Below, piece after piece: positions 11,701 to 19,687 of a DNA stretch of 64,000 nt. How positions within the stretch are numbered: the stretch's first letter is position 1; each line of letters opens with the position of its first letter. The translations under genes were made by a program, and so were the position numbers. Location of the stretch: positions 1 through 64,000 of the forward strand of contig NZ_MWQY01000016.1 of assembly GCF_002087085.1 (NCBI RefSeq). Direction: 5' to 3'. The notes beneath the pieces are model-generated. The model searched no databases and was not told where the DNA came from. It saw only the letters and a program-made list of their open reading frames with translations.

Positions 11701-11837
11701 TAGAATGCTTCCGCGTTTTCTGCCGTCAAGCGCCCGTTTAAAAGGTCGCCCAGGTAGAGAACTACGTCTTTACGAGACTTATCAAATACACTTTGTCGAG
11801 GTGTACATGAGGACTTCAACGCCTGCAAGTTGGCCAT
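8718..11837 (-). CDS. DUF499 AAA+ ATPase (restriction-like system)
   Basis: AMGGGKTH Walker A, IILLDE Walker B, YPFH, FQQTRGLLR; C-terminal YTTDGSNP; ATG 11837 after GGGAGAAG. Confidence 0.92.
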   Translation of the reverse strand: MANLQALKSSCTPRQSVFDKSRKDVVLYLGDLLNGRLTAENAEAFYEENFITKGMRSLVDRVFDRLTGKKDQASTFLLSQAMGGGKTHSMLALGLLAKYPSIRKKFWPDHDLGDEPIRVVGFDGRESDYPYGVWGSIAEQLGKKEVFQDLYQPLRAPGATSWINLLQGEPTIILLDEMPPYFMNAKSVQVGNGDLADITTTALSNLMIAANKEELQNVVIVISDLSATAYKTDGKAAGVSAALDNLAQETNRSAMIIEPVATVGDEVFNILRTRLFEKLPEIKAIDDVAVAYSEEVKKAKNMELTSESPETFAAELRESYPFHFSLRNLYGRFKENPSFQQTRGLLRLMRTIISNMWETGKAENRYLIHPYDIDLNDNDIFSEFERINQSLSEAIRVDIANDGKSHAEEIDEQYQNSDASDVAKLLFIASLSVSTNPILGLRDREIIGWMCTPGRDVQNLIKDVIEVLPSRAWYLHQTADGRFFFKNVQNLSARVYDIKRNSTRENNIQSLRKVLEEMFKPQIGDLYQNLSVLKPIDSVSLDQTRTTLIITDPYTGASTEKPLHPDWFDFWDQQTFKNRALFITGDRNTMDQVLDNAASLRAINLVREEQKKDGLSANDPQVKEADKSLDRYQIQLKSSLQATFSLIVYPSLDRLRSENINLNFTDNNFDAEKQVRKTLLNNQSFSEEPANDNWVKKVEARLFDGQNPVIWNEILKRAAIKTSWQFHHPHLLEDILNHALRVGLWKREGNQVRKGPFEKDPTGVKVIVKNRDEHTGETILQITPEGGRVVYYEIGKHKPSSASLQVTDYQNFRTRELSLTFLCVDDSSDPRPTGEPLYWKNQVTIKGQFYQQGDEIMFKALSIPPIPLKYTTDGSNPLSHGVPYNGDFLVPNGAQLIQVLAQKDDIQAKETFTVKSATGPVVAPDKPLDWKTENRYYNIPQTDAYSVFEKCTKYNARLANVFMTIIHNNSGETLSYTLPEGIGKTAHELSSLMAALQELIGEASVQVAIGKISFETGQAFLDWAQEEKFTPDPQEVEQR

Positions 11838-12059
11838 ATCACTTCTCCCAAATATTACATGTCCTAAACCAGGTACTGTCCACCAAAAGCAGTTAATCTT
11901 CTTAAAGATAGTTCGGTCAAAAACATAAAATTGCGCAAAAGGGTAAATACTATGGTGGGAGGAATCAGCTTTTCCGTCAAGTGAAAAATACATAAATCAT
12001 AGATAATGAAGAGAGAAGGAGTCTTGTCAAAACATACGGGATTAGAATACAGATACACC

Positions 12060-13130
12060 TTACGCTGGACAACGCCAGGCAGAGATAATTTTCTGCTTTA
12101 ACTCTCTTATAAGGATCTCTCCAGATTCATCCTGATCTGAAAAGAGTTGCGATTTCAGCTGTATGTATCTTTTCGTGTATGCAGATGTGTTGCCTTTCAC
12201 GTTCGCTCTAATAAAGGCTTTAACCGATTCAAGGTCATAGTCAAACTTCTTCAGGATACTGATTCTTCCTTCTTGTTTCTCAATATCACTGAATCGATGC
12301 TGTGTAGATTTTGGGTCAATCAACCGAGGATACTCAGGATTAATCCTGTTGAAGAGAGCTATGTTTGGATTATGTTGACTATTCAGGATGTCAGCAAGAC
12401 AAATATCCTTGATTTTAAAGGCAGCCCGGATATCTTGAAACGTCTTAAGATTGTGCTCTATCCGGATGACTGGAAAGAAATCTGTTGGCTTAAGAAATTG
12501 GGAGAGTTTTCTATCCCTCAACATCTCTGGATATTTCCAGTAGACAATGAGTCGCCGTTGTCGGGACTTGGTTCTGGCTAAATAAACCACACTTTCGTCT
12601 CTTCCATATAATTCTTTCCTATATTTTGGGTTTATAACAGAAAGACGAAGAGCGGCTATATAATCAAGGGGATATTGGGAGGTCCAAATATCGGTTGTTG
12701 AATCGCACCTGAAGGCGCGCGCACTGTCCAATACCTTATTTATATTGAGTGTTATGCTCGGACATTCATTCAGCCTGTGTAATGCTAGTTCAATCGTGTT
12801 GCGATTGATCAGGTCAAAATAGCGATCCTGAAGAATCTTTGCAGAGAGCTCAATAAGAACTTGATCCTTCTCGATATTGATCCCCCGGACACCGTAGGGT
12901 AGGTGAATTGGCGCCACCTTTAATACCGCCCTTACTATCTTGTCTCCATTAACTGTAGTTGTATTTTCAATCAATGAGTCTAGTTCGATCTCATTAACTG
13001 TATCCAGTGGAATAGAAATAAGGCATGTATCCAGCCGGGGGTAAGTTGGAAGAGGCCAATGAGCTAGTGACGTTTCTGTGCTGATATGATTTATATCAGT
13101 TCTTCCAGTGTTACATTGTAAGGTGTTCAC
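12060..13130 (-). CDS. Putative rolling-circle replication initiator/relaxase (Rep_trans / gene II-X-like)
   Basis: Ordered motifs LDT, IELSAK, RCDSTTDI, ESVVY, LIVYWK..E, IRIE resemble the RxD/Y/YxK/RxE pattern; directly downstream of the integrase. Confidence 0.55.
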   Translation of the reverse strand: MNTLQCNTGRTDINHISTETSLAHWPLPTYPRLDTCLISIPLDTVNEIELDSLIENTTTVNGDKIVRAVLKVAPIHLPYGVRGINIEKDQVLIELSAKILQDRYFDLINRNTIELALHRLNECPSITLNINKVLDSARAFRCDSTTDIWTSQYPLDYIAALRLSVINPKYRKELYGRDESVVYLARTKSRQRRLIVYWKYPEMLRDRKLSQFLKPTDFFPVIRIEHNLKTFQDIRAAFKIKDICLADILNSQHNPNIALFNRINPEYPRLIDPKSTQHRFSDIEKQEGRISILKKFDYDLESVKAFIRANVKGNTSAYTKRYIQLKSQLFSDQDESGEILIRELKQKIISAWRCPA

Positions 13131-14493
13131 ATTGAGACTCCTTCTGTTCTTTTTGCGGAATTGAGAATTGGATAATAGTACCGAATGCTTCTTCTATGGC
13201 GTTTGATACTAGCTTGAAGTCCTGTTCCTGTGCGTGGTTGGCGTAGTGAGCCGCCATGTTGGGGCTCCGATGTCCAGTAGCAAGTTGCACCGCCCGAAGG
13301 TCTATTCGATTAGCCAGATGGGTGGCGAAGTAATGCCTCCATGAATGAAAAACTATGTTCCGTGTGCGCCAGTATAGTTTTGCTTGTTGCAGCTCTTCAG
13401 CGGAGACCGTTGATGGATCATGTAGGGTTAGTTTGAGAAGCATTGTTTTGAGACTGTTCAACAGAAAATGAAAATCCATGGGAGCCTCTGGTGTCCTTGT
13501 TGACCAGAAAACGAAAGATGCGGGGCCTAATCCATGAGGATTATCGGCTGCAAGTCTCAATAGTTGCCGCCGAACCGATGGAAGAAGAGGAATGGTACGC
13601 TCCTCACCATTTTTTGTAGATTTAAGGCCCTCTTTGGTACTCCATGAATGGCGAATGTGGAGCCTGTCGTCCTTAATATCCCTGACTTGAAGACCTAATA
13701 CCTCACCAGCACGTAGCCCGGTTGTCATGGCTAGCAGATTGCCGATGCGGGCTCGTTGGTCGTCCCAGTCCAATTCAAAGAGTCTCTGTGCTTCTACCTG
13801 CTCCAGAACGCCTCGCTTCTTCGGATGCCCGGAGAACTTTGCTAATCCTTTGGCAGGATTTGAGACTATCAGTTCATTGTCGCTTGCCCATCTGAGCGCA
13901 ACAGTCCCCACTGATAAAATATTGTTGATTGTTTTGGGTTTCAGATTTTTCTCTGAGAGCCAGAGAGAAAATTGGACAAGATCACTTCTTTTTATTTTAG
14001 AAAGGGAGATGTCACTAAAAAATGGGTCCCAGTAGTTTTTTCGCCAGAGTTGCATGTCATAACAGTGACGTTCACCTATCTGCTGTCCGTGAGCAAGCTT
14101 TTCATTAATATAAGGCGATTGATCCCAACTCCAGAACCGCCTTAGAAATAAGGTAAAGATCTCATCTCTGCTGTTTTTTGTATCTATGACTCCTTCGATT
14201 AAGTCTCGTTGCTTAAGGATGTCGACTATTCGGCCAACATCTTTCTTTGAAAGATCTATAGTGCGAAGAGTCTCAATTAATGTGGCGAGGTTGAGTATGT
14301 CGGAAACTGATCGGGCCGACTCATCTGATCTTGGGGTAGGAATACCATTCTGTATCCAGTTTTGTACTACGAGATACGCCGAATTACGGTTTGTTTGACC
14401 GGTGGAGCGTCCGGAAAGATACTTTTTTGTTTTTGGATTGTAAAATTGACAATAATAAACTTTTCCGCGACGATATAACGAAAAACGGCGCAT
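13111..14493 (-). CDS. Tyrosine recombinase/integrase
   Basis: TGLRAGE, FHSWRH, GH...HY catalytic residues; ATG 14493 after GAAGGAG; next to tRNA 3' end. Confidence 0.95.
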   Translation of the reverse strand: MRRFSLYRRGKVYYCQFYNPKTKKYLSGRSTGQTNRNSAYLVVQNWIQNGIPTPRSDESARSVSDILNLATLIETLRTIDLSKKDVGRIVDILKQRDLIEGVIDTKNSRDEIFTLFLRRFWSWDQSPYINEKLAHGQQIGERHCYDMQLWRKNYWDPFFSDISLSKIKRSDLVQFSLWLSEKNLKPKTINNILSVGTVALRWASDNELIVSNPAKGLAKFSGHPKKRGVLEQVEAQRLFELDWDDQRARIGNLLAMTTGLRAGEVLGLQVRDIKDDRLHIRHSWSTKEGLKSTKNGEERTIPLLPSVRRQLLRLAADNPHGLGPASFVFWSTRTPEAPMDFHFLLNSLKTMLLKLTLHDPSTVSAEELQQAKLYWRTRNIVFHSWRHYFATHLANRIDLRAVQLATGHRSPNMAAHYANHAQEQDFKLVSNAIEEAFGTIIQFSIPQKEQKESQCEHLTM

Positions 14494-14506
14494 ACCCGCT
14501 CCTTCG

Positions 14507-14534
14507 ATGATCATACATTGATCATCATACATTG
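14507..14534. repeat. Tandem 14-bp direct repeat, candidate integrase arm-type site
   Basis: ATGATCATACATTG followed by ATCATCATACATTG, between tRNA end and integrase RBS. Confidence 0.6.
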
Positions 14535-14599
14535 GATTGCGGACTGCGCCGGTTTTCCGGTAGCAATCGATTAAACCTTTATAATGAAAAGGCTTATTT

Positions 14600-14672
14600 T
14601 AGCAGGGGCAGGACTCGAACCTGCGACCTCCGGGTTATGAGCCCGACGAGCTGCCAACTGCTCTACCCTGCG
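14600..14672 (-). tRNA. tRNA-Met(CAT), initiator type
   Basis: CGCAGGGTAGAGCAGTTGGCAGCTCGTCGGGCTCATAACCCGGAGGTCGCAGGTTCGAGTCCTGCCCCTGCTA; C1:U72 mismatch, three G-C pairs in the anticodon stem; CCA not encoded. Confidence 0.97.
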
Positions 14673-14683
14673 TCGTTGAAAGT

Positions 14684-14712
14684 AATCTATTCATTTTCCC
14701 CAAAAGAGTCAA
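14684..14712 (-). promoter_or_regulatory. Sigma70-type promoter of tRNA-Met
   Basis: TTGACT-N17-TAGATT just upstream of the tRNA. Confidence 0.7.
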
Positions 14713-14767
14713 GGCCCTTAAGGTGCTCTTGCCGGCCTGTCCGCCCCGGTCTACTATGACAGGCGAC

Positions 14768-15223
14768 ATGTCCATCATAACCATTGTAACGGGCGAAATC
14801 GATGCCGGTAAAACACGCCATTTACACGAGCGGGGGTCACGGTCCGGGACCGCGGCCTGGCTTTCGGTAAAAAGCTTTCCCGGTTACGATCTTCTTACGC
14901 TGCCGGGTGGGAGACGAATCCCCCTGGCAAGGCCGACCGGCACCGATGCCCCCCGGGGATGGTTCCCCTTCAGGCGTTTTTTCTTCAATCCCGCCGCCTT
15001 TGCTGCGGCTGAATCCTGTTGGGCTGCATTCGAGGGCTCGCCTCCGAAGGAGCTGATCCTGGATGAGGTCGGCCCTCTGGAGCTGGAGGGGAGGGGCTTC
15101 GCGCCGCTTTTACGGATTTTTCTTACTGCAGGTTCCGATCTTACTGTAAGCGTCCGGCCTTCCCTGCTTGAGGTCGTTCCCGATTATTTCGGCTTTTCTC
15201 CCGACCGGATCATTCGCCTTTGA
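14768..15223 (+). CDS. Small P-loop NTPase (THEP1/DUF2478-like)
   Basis: IVTGEIDAGKT, LILDEVGPLELEGRG. Confidence 0.75.
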   Translation: MSIITIVTGEIDAGKTRHLHERGSRSGTAAWLSVKSFPGYDLLTLPGGRRIPLARPTGTDAPRGWFPFRRFFFNPAAFAAAESCWAAFEGSPPKELILDEVGPLELEGRGFAPLLRIFLTAGSDLTVSVRPSLLEVVPDYFGFSPDRIIRL

Positions 15224-15788
15224 GCCGCTCCCACTCCTCCGGGGTGTCGATGTCACGGTAGATGCCGGAATCTGTAACTTCCACTGCCAGGGGATCGAGG
15301 GGGGCTATTACCTTCATGGCCTTGAGCTCCGGATCCGCGGTGTTTATCAGAGATACAGCCTCGGGACCCAGCAGCACCGGATGTCCCCTGTGTCCATCAC
15401 AGACCGGGAATGCCGCGGGAGCCGTTCCCTGGGCCCCTGCAAGGTGCCGGTAGGTAGCCGCTTGAACCATGGGGAGGTCCGCGGGAATTACGAAGACCCT
15501 TGTATGCCGGCACCGGGCAAGTCCTGTCTGCAGGGATCCGAGCATTCCCCTGTGCCAGTCCCGGTTTGTGACCAGTTTCAGGTTCCCGGCCGGCGGCAGG
15601 TATCCCGAAAGGTCGACTGCTCCCTGGACCAGGATTACCTCCTCACACACCTCAAGGGCTGTATTCAGGGCATAGGTAAAAAGGGGTTTCCCGTCGAGCT
15701 CGAGAAGCTGCTTCGGTCTTCCCATACGGGAAGACTCCCCTGCGGCAAGGACAATGCAGCAGGCGCCAAGGGGCTGCGGACTTTTCAT
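15210..15788 (-). CDS. mocA: Molybdenum cofactor cytidylyltransferase (MocA-like)
   Basis: LAAGESSRMG.PKQLL, GMLGSL, PADLP, GHPV, DIDTPE; xanthine dehydrogenase context. Confidence 0.8.
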   Translation of the reverse strand: MKSPQPLGACCIVLAAGESSRMGRPKQLLELDGKPLFTYALNTALEVCEEVILVQGAVDLSGYLPPAGNLKLVTNRDWHRGMLGSLQTGLARCRHTRVFVIPADLPMVQAATYRHLAGAQGTAPAAFPVCDGHRGHPVLLGPEAVSLINTADPELKAMKVIAPLDPLAVEVTDSGIYRDIDTPEEWERLKGE

Positions 15789-15830
15789 GATGGCAGTCTA
15801 TCCGCAGCAGCCGCTGTTGACAATCCGGCG

Positions 15831-15859
15831 TTGACGATTCCGGTTCCTGGTCGTAAACT
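15831..15859 (+). promoter_or_regulatory. Sigma70-type promoter of the ABC operon
   Basis: TTGACG-N17-TAAACT. Confidence 0.6.
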
Positions 15860-15895
15860 CCTTGCAACGGTATGTAACTAAAAAAGGAAGCTGCT

Positions 15896-16972
15896 ATGAA
15901 AAACAGATGTGCTGTAATACTCATTCTGCTTGGCCTGAGTCTCTGGGCTCCCCTTTTCGCTGAGGGAGTGCAGGAGGCATCGGCTCCGCAGATTGTTGTC
16001 CAGGATGCCCTGGGGCGGAGCGTTGAACTCCCCGAAGCTCCCCGGAGGATTGTAACCGCCGGCAAGGCAGTAATCATGATAGTAGATGCCCTCTATCTTT
16101 TTCCCGGTGCGTCGGAGCGGGTCGCCGCTGTGGGGTTTACCGATCAGGGAATGGGGGATTTTTTCCCTGTGCTGGATGAAAATGCGGACGAAAAAGCCCG
16201 GCTTCAGAAGAACGTCGGTCCCGAGGAGATTCTCGCCCAGAACCCGGACCTGGTGCTGCTCAAATCGTACCTGCGGGATTCCCTGGGAAAACCCATCGAA
16301 ACGGCGGGGGTGCCGGTGGTCTACCTCGACCTGGAGACCCCGGAGCAGTTCGAGCGGGACCTGAGGATTTTAGGTACTCTCCTGGAGGATCAGGCCCGGG
16401 CCGAGGAGCTTATCTCCATGTTCAACCGGCAGGCGGAGGATATCCGGCAGCAGGTAAAAGACCGCCCCCGACCGGAGGTGGCCCTCTTCTCCGTTAACAG
16501 CGGTAACTCGGGGTACAGCTTCAGCGTGGCTCCCCAGGGCTGGATTCAGACCGTTCAGGTTCGTCTTGCAGGCGGTGATCCCGTCTGGACGGAGGCTGCC
16601 GGAAAACCGGGATGGAACCAGGTGGGGTTTGAACAGATTGCCCGCTGGGATCCGGAGGTGATGATTTTTCTCTCCTTCCGCGGTTCCACCGATACTGTTC
16701 TGGACGAAATACAGAATGATCCCCTCTGGACAGGACTTCAGGCTGTGCGGAACGGCAGGGTCTACTCCATGCCCGCGGATTTCTACAGCTGGGGGCAGCC
16801 GGATCCCCGCTGGATTCTGGGCGCCCGGTGGATGGCCGGGGTCCTGCATCCGCAGGCCTTCGATACTCCTTTTGAAGGGGAGGCGGCCGCCTTTTTCCGG
16901 GATTTCTACGGGATCGGCGAAGCCCGTTTCCGTCGGGATATACTTCCCCGTATTACGGGAGACCTTTTTTGA
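15896..16972 (+). CDS. ABC transporter substrate-binding protein (FhuD/BtuF/MolA-type)
   Basis: Signal peptide; DALGRSV.LP..PRRIV; EEILAQNPDLV; AVRNGRVY..P...W. Confidence 0.9.
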   Translation: MKNRCAVILILLGLSLWAPLFAEGVQEASAPQIVVQDALGRSVELPEAPRRIVTAGKAVIMIVDALYLFPGASERVAAVGFTDQGMGDFFPVLDENADEKARLQKNVGPEEILAQNPDLVLLKSYLRDSLGKPIETAGVPVVYLDLETPEQFERDLRILGTLLEDQARAEELISMFNRQAEDIRQQVKDRPRPEVALFSVNSGNSGYSFSVAPQGWIQTVQVRLAGGDPVWTEAAGKPGWNQVGFEQIARWDPEVMIFLSFRGSTDTVLDEIQNDPLWTGLQAVRNGRVYSMPADFYSWGQPDPRWILGARWMAGVLHPQAFDTPFEGEAAAFFRDFYGIGEARFRRDILPRITGDLF

Positions 16973-17964
16973 CCCGACCGGAACAGCGGCGGGGGATTTT
17001 TCTTCTCGGGGGACTCTTTCTTCTTCTCTTTGCCCTGTCCCTCCTTGTGGGGCGTTTTCCCACCGCCGGGTTTCTGTTTCCCGGGGATCTTCTTCGTGAC
17101 CCCTTGAGTCTGAGGGTTTTTCTGCGTCTGAGGCTTCCCAGAGTGCTGAGTGCCTCCCTTCTGGGGGCCGCCCTGGCGGCTTCGGGCTGCGCTTTTCAGA
17201 TGCTCTTCAGGAACCCCCTGGTGGAGCCGGGTTTTCTGGGGGTGAGTCAGGGTGCGGCCTTCGGCGCGGCCCTGGCAATTCTGCTATTCCCCCGGCTTCC
17301 CGGCGGGGTGCAGCTGTCTGCGGTACTTTTTTCCCTGGGGGGACTCTTTCTCTCCTACAGGGTGGCCAGCAGCATCCGCTTCGGCGGCTGGGTAATCCGC
17401 ATGGTAATCTCCGGCCTTGCCGTATCCGCCCTGTTTACCTCCGGTGTCGGTGTGCTCAAATATATGGCGGATCCCCTGTCCCAGCTGCAGGAGATGACCT
17501 TCTGGATGCTCGGCGGGCTTGCGGGAACGACCTGGCAGACGACCCTGTCAATGCTGCTTCTTTCCCTCCCGGCCCTGGTGGTTCTGTATCTCTTCCGGTG
17601 GCGGCTTAATATCCTCAGTCTGGATGATCTTACCTCCTTTTCCATGGGGGCCGATCCTTTCAGGGAGCGGATGCTGCTCCTTGTGGCGGCTTCCGTGGCC
17701 ACCGCCGGGGTTACCGCCGCGGCGGGTATAGTGGGATGGGTGGGGCTCCTGGTTCCCCACGCGGCGCGCCGGGTTTTCGGAGCCGAGGGGAGTCTCTCCC
17801 TCCCGGCATCCATGCTCCTTGGGGCGGTCATGCTGCTTGTCTGTGACGGAATTGCCCGGGCGCTGCTTCCCTTCGAGATACCCCTGGGGATTCTAACCTC
17901 CCTGCTCGGAGCAGGGCTCTTTATTCTGCTTTTATCCTCCGGCCAGGTGAGGTTCCGCCGATGA
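16969..17964 (+). CDS. FecCD-family ABC permease
   Basis: LRLPRVL, FRNPLVEP..LGVS.GA, WVGLLVPH. Confidence 0.92.
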   Translation: MTRPEQRRGIFLLGGLFLLLFALSLLVGRFPTAGFLFPGDLLRDPLSLRVFLRLRLPRVLSASLLGAALAASGCAFQMLFRNPLVEPGFLGVSQGAAFGAALAILLFPRLPGGVQLSAVLFSLGGLFLSYRVASSIRFGGWVIRMVISGLAVSALFTSGVGVLKYMADPLSQLQEMTFWMLGGLAGTTWQTTLSMLLLSLPALVVLYLFRWRLNILSLDDLTSFSMGADPFRERMLLLVAASVATAGVTAAAGIVGWVGLLVPHAARRVFGAEGSLSLPASMLLGAVMLLVCDGIARALLPFEIPLGILTSLLGAGLFILLLSSGQVRFRR

Positions 17965-18740
17965 GCGCCTTTGCCATACGGAAGTTGAGCTTCTCCTATC
18001 ATGCCGATACGGAGCGTCCCGGCCTTTTTACGGACTTCAGCCTGGATATCGAAGCCCAGCGGGTTACCGCCGTCCTCGGGCCCAACGGTTCGGGAAAGAG
18101 TACCATCCTGAGTCTTCTGCTGGGCTATCTGCGCCCCCACAGGGGGAGTATCGCGCTTTTCGGTCAGCGTCTGGAGGGCTACTCCCGGACTGAGCTTGGA
18201 CGTCACATCGGCTTTGTTTCCCAGAGCGGAAGCCTGCCCTTTAATTATCCGGTGCTTGAATACCTGCTGTTAGGACGGGCTTCACGGATAGCCCTCTGGG
18301 AGACACCCACACGGAAGGACCTGGAGGCCGTAAAGGAAGCCGCCGGGAAGGCAGGCATTGAAAAGCTCGTTAAGAGAAACGTGCAGGAGCTTTCCGCCGG
18401 AGAACTGCAACTGGTGGCCATCGCCCGGGCCCTTGCCCAGGAACCGAAGATCCTTCTGCTGGATGAACCAACCAGTCATCTGGATCCTGCCAACGCCCTG
18501 CTCATTTTTCGCCTGATGCGTCGGCTTTCACAGGAGGGGCTCACGGTTCTGTTTACGACCCATGATCCCCTGCACGCCCGTCAGGCGGCACAGCGGGCCG
18601 TTCTGTTGAAGCAGGGAAGGCTTCTCTTTTCCGGGGATGCCGCTGAGGGGCTGACTGCGGAGCGGCTCAATACTCTCTACGGGGTCTCCTTTCAGGAGGC
18701 CAGGATAGGCGGCGAGGCCTTTCCCTTTCTGGTGCTCTAA
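17961..18740 (+). CDS. ABC transporter ATP-binding protein
   Basis: GPNGSGKS, LSAGE, LLLDEPTSHLD. Confidence 0.93.
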   Translation: MSAFAIRKLSFSYHADTERPGLFTDFSLDIEAQRVTAVLGPNGSGKSTILSLLLGYLRPHRGSIALFGQRLEGYSRTELGRHIGFVSQSGSLPFNYPVLEYLLLGRASRIALWETPTRKDLEAVKEAAGKAGIEKLVKRNVQELSAGELQLVAIARALAQEPKILLLDEPTSHLDPANALLIFRLMRRLSQEGLTVLFTTHDPLHARQAAQRAVLLKQGRLLFSGDAAEGLTAERLNTLYGVSFQEARIGGEAFPFLVL

Positions 18741-19681
18741 TCCGGAACAATACGGGTACCGCCCCGTCCATCTATTGCTTCCGCCAGATGTTCAGGATCG
18801 GTGATTATACCGTTCTTTCCGCTGGCCTCAACGAACTCGACCATGGCCTCGATTTTCGGCAGCATGCTTCCCCTGGCAAAATGCCCTGCCTCAATATAAG
18901 CCTTTGCCTCGGAGACACTGATCTCGTCCAGGGATTTCTGCTCGGGTTTACCGAAATTCAGGCAGACCTTCTCCACCGCCGTAGATATTACGAAGAGATC
19001 GGCCGCAAGGCTCCGGGCAAGAAGACTTGCCGCCAGGTCCTTGTCGATAACCGCCTCTACCCCCACGTAGTGGTCCTGGTCGTCCCGGATTACCGGAATT
19101 CCGCCGCCTCCCGCAGCGATGGTAATGGTACCGCTCTCCACCAGCTGACGGATAACATCGAGTTCCAGGATTTCCACCGGACGGGGCGAGGGAACAACCC
19201 TTCGCCAGCCGCGGCCGGCATCCTCCGCCACGGACCATCCGTCTTTCTTCATGTGCATCCTGGCCTCTTTCTCGTCCATGAAGGAACCGATGGGCTTTGT
19301 GGGCGCCCGGAAGGAGGGGTCGTTCCGATCGACAACAACTTCCGTTACGACCGTACTCACATTCCTGATCTGATGCAGCCCGCCCAGGACGTTTCTCACT
19401 GCTGTCTGGATATTGTAGCCCAGGGCACCCTGGGTATCGGCGACGCAGGAGTCCAGTGGCACCATGTGAAGTTCGTTCTTGGCTATTTCTGCCCTGCGAA
19501 GGATAAATCCAACCTGCGGACCGTTACCGTGGACGATTGCCAGGCGATTCTCAGAGACAATCAGGGAGGCCATGTTTCTGGCCGTGGCATAGGCCGCCTC
19601 GTACTGGGCCGGGACGGTAACATGTTTCGGGTCGCTGATCAGCGAGTTACCGCCGATGGCGACAACAATGGTTTTACTCAT
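18737..19681 (-). CDS. arcC: Carbamate kinase
   Basis: VVAIGGN, HGNGPQVG, PTKPIG, GWRRVVPSP, VIDKD, GSMLPK. Confidence 0.96.
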   Translation of the reverse strand: MSKTIVVAIGGNSLISDPKHVTVPAQYEAAYATARNMASLIVSENRLAIVHGNGPQVGFILRRAEIAKNELHMVPLDSCVADTQGALGYNIQTAVRNVLGGLHQIRNVSTVVTEVVVDRNDPSFRAPTKPIGSFMDEKEARMHMKKDGWSVAEDAGRGWRRVVPSPRPVEILELDVIRQLVESGTITIAAGGGGIPVIRDDQDHYVGVEAVIDKDLAASLLARSLAADLFVISTAVEKVCLNFGKPEQKSLDEISVSEAKAYIEAGHFARGSMLPKIEAMVEFVEASGKNGIITDPEHLAEAIDGRGGTRIVPD

Positions 19682-19687
19682 ACTCTG

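Larger units (their letters stand above)
808..14600 (-). mobile_element. tRNA-anchored integrative defence island (left boundary not defined)
   Basis: tRNA, integrase, Rep-like gene and defence cargo all on one strand; lower GC than the purine cluster; no second att copy seen. Confidence 0.75.

Noticed and set aside
11838..11993. N-terminal extensions in the ORF track (DUF499; likewise ade, integrase, jetA, DUF1697)
   Set aside because: Downstream starts have better RBSs and match family N-termini.
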